Assembly (NCBI GenBank): GCA_976226885.1
Contig: OZ320314.1
Span: forward strand, 106,330,001-106,394,000
Reading direction: 5' to 3'
Length of the DNA stretch: 64,000 nucleotides
Origin: Iphione sp. A-MEVVRFRX5
Taxonomy: Eukaryota
The notes under the pieces are model-generated. The model ran no database searches and was not told where the DNA came from. It saw nothing but the letters and a program-made list of their open reading frames with translations. Of this stretch, positions 62,061 to 64,000 are shown one piece after another (position 1 is the first letter of the stretch; each line of letters opens with the position of its first letter). A program made the position numbers and the translations under genes.

Positions 62061-63455
62061 TTCTAAGCATAGGCATTCTAAATCAAATATAGAGACAGGG
62101 ATGCTGCAAGGATACTTCCCCTCACAATTTTATCGCCAGCATGCACATTCACAACTATTCTTCACTTATTTAGGTCACATTCACAACTATAGTCTTCACA
62201 TATTCAATTCTTGTAAAGTCTCTTATCCTGTATTTTCATATAGCCTTTCCCTCTTGATTTCTTTTATCCTGACAAGAGCCGGTGTGATCGCACCATGACC
62301 CAATTCATATGCATTGAAGAAAAATCAATTTTTCCCAGAACAGGGCTCAACTATATTTGCTCTTAACTGAACTAGAGGCAAAGACGAAATTCCGTTCTGC
62401 TGGGATAAAGTATACACGAACATCTCACGAAATTATAGTGCATCTGTTTTATTACCACAAATTACACACAGTGCATATAGATGATTGCCAAATGTAAAGG
62501 TAACCTGTCCAAAGCTTTACTGGCATAGCCCACCGAAGTCCTGCTTATTACGGGTCCGTCTCTGAGAATTGGACCCAGTCGACAATGGATCTAACCACCA
62601 GCGAACATCCCAGGTCACAGCAGGTTGGAACAGAGAAAGGAGTATACAAAGAACACTATGCTAGATCACAGACGGCCAGTTGGAGAATTACTGGCAGAGA
62701 CCTTTCATCCAGGGCGGCTCTGTTGGGAATAAATATGGAGTTCGCATTACCACCTTCACGGCCCACCCTCGTTAGCTGTCCAATAAAACACCCCAAACTT
62801 CATGGAATCACACCAAGTCTTTCATTCGACACCTAAGGGGATGCCAACATCCTAACTACCGGCTGTGTGGTCTTTTCACTGGGAGCGTTCATTTTTGAAA
62901 GGCTCGCCGATCTCAGTGATGAAGATCCTGCGTTCCAGAGTTACTGCTCTTCTGCTATTGTTTGATGTCCGTAGTTGCTTCATATTAAAAGAGGTTTCTG
63001 ATAGGCACATCCCCAAAGGAGGGACACATTAGGAAGGAAACCAAGGTTGTCCTGATTAGAGGTTTCCTACCGTATAGCTGTCCTGGAAGCCATATATTAT
63101 TGTAAATAAGTACTTTTCCACATATAGGGCGTTATATAGTATCACCTGCCAATCCCAGATTTCGTAGAGATCTAGCGATAGAGCTGCCAGTTTCCAAACC
63201 CTCAGCGAGTCAGGCAATGTGCAGAAATATTTCTGAAGAAGACATCATATTTTTAGATGAAAGTCGCTCGATGGAAGGGCACGTATGCATTGCCCCTCTT
63301 GGGTAAATCACTGTAAACCGTTCCTGTCTCACTCAGAATAAATAATGTTGTGTTCGTGTAAACAAACATTAGTGTGAATTTTACATGGGCTGAACTACGT
63401 TTCAGTCCCATTTGAGATCCCCCCAATTAAGGCTGGTAAGGATGTCTCATAGTAA

Positions 63456-63791
63456 TAAGGAAAAAAATAGGCATATTTCTGGTAACCCATCGCGAAGTAG
63501 TAAAATTTTACCCTACCTAAAGATTTTTTGGCCCCAAAGAGTTTCCAAGGGGGAATTTCCTTAGATACATGTTTTCACAGCACATATTTTTGGTAAATTC
63601 AGTAAAAAAAATCAGAAAAACGATGGAAAATCAGCAAAGAACTGTAAAACTCATTCAAATTGGTTAAATTCTTCAAATTATCTTTATTATTATTGAAAAC
63701 TAGAGGAAGAAAGTTGAAAAAAAGATATCCCCTTCCCTACCTAGTTTTTTGGCTGCTGTTAGCAAAAACACACCTATTTTGGGGAGCCTAA
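63456..63791 (-). mobile_element. Second full copy of the TIR (MITE-like) family, inverted relative to 48199
   Basis: aaattatctttattattattgaaaactagaggaagaaagttgaaaaaa matches the reverse complement of 48270-48320. The ends are taaggaaaaaaatagg..tttctggtaac and aaacacacctattttggggagcctaa. Confidence 0.75.
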
Positions 63792-64000
63792 TTGACAAAG
63801 GTTCCTGGACGGAGTTCATAATTATCAAATGCAAATTGGTCATATGCAGTACTTGTTCTCAAATACCTCTTTTCAAGTACAGAAGAATAAATATGGATGA
63901 CATGTTTCACAGTTAAAGAGAGTAAAATGATCATAGGAGAGTGTCTTATTGCAAAGACCTCATCATGCTAACCAATAAATGATAATCGAATGTTTTGACC

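Noticed and set aside
61933-62298. 121-aa Arg/Glu-rich ORF
   Set aside because: Derived from the AG-rich low-complexity tract.

Overview
Eukaryotic (metazoan, probably marine invertebrate) intergenic or intronic DNA dominated by mobile elements. No host protein-coding gene can be called with confidence. Main contents: (1) An apparently full-length, about 6.9 kb CR1-group (Crack/Daphne/L2-like) non-LTR retrotransposon on the minus strand (about 51806-58720) with THREE open ORFs: an ORF1 whose coiled-coil/RRM body is fused to a C-terminal NADAR (YbiA-like) domain, a separate SGNH/GDSL esterase ORF, and an intact APE-RT ORF2. It also has a poly(A) tail, a 3' stem-loop and five copies of a small hairpin in the ORF1-esterase spacer. 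This is the best candidate for an undescribed system. (2) A DIRS1-type tyrosine-recombinase retrotransposon (29567-36330) with open gag and YR ORFs, a damaged pol (two frameshifts and an in-frame deletion), the ITR/ICR architecture, and an anomalous 223-bp fold-back at its right end. (3) A decayed Crypton-type tyrosine recombinase gene (about 42559-44566, minus) with an apparent intron. (4) A tRNA-headed SINE with a Deu/Nin-like core, plus an inverted partial relative with a different 3' tail. (5) A decayed LINE endonuclease fragment followed by two LTR-like cassettes, a TIR (MITE-like) family in 3-4 copies, a 25-bp minisatellite and several microsatellites. All domain calls are by-eye motif recognition; no database search was run.
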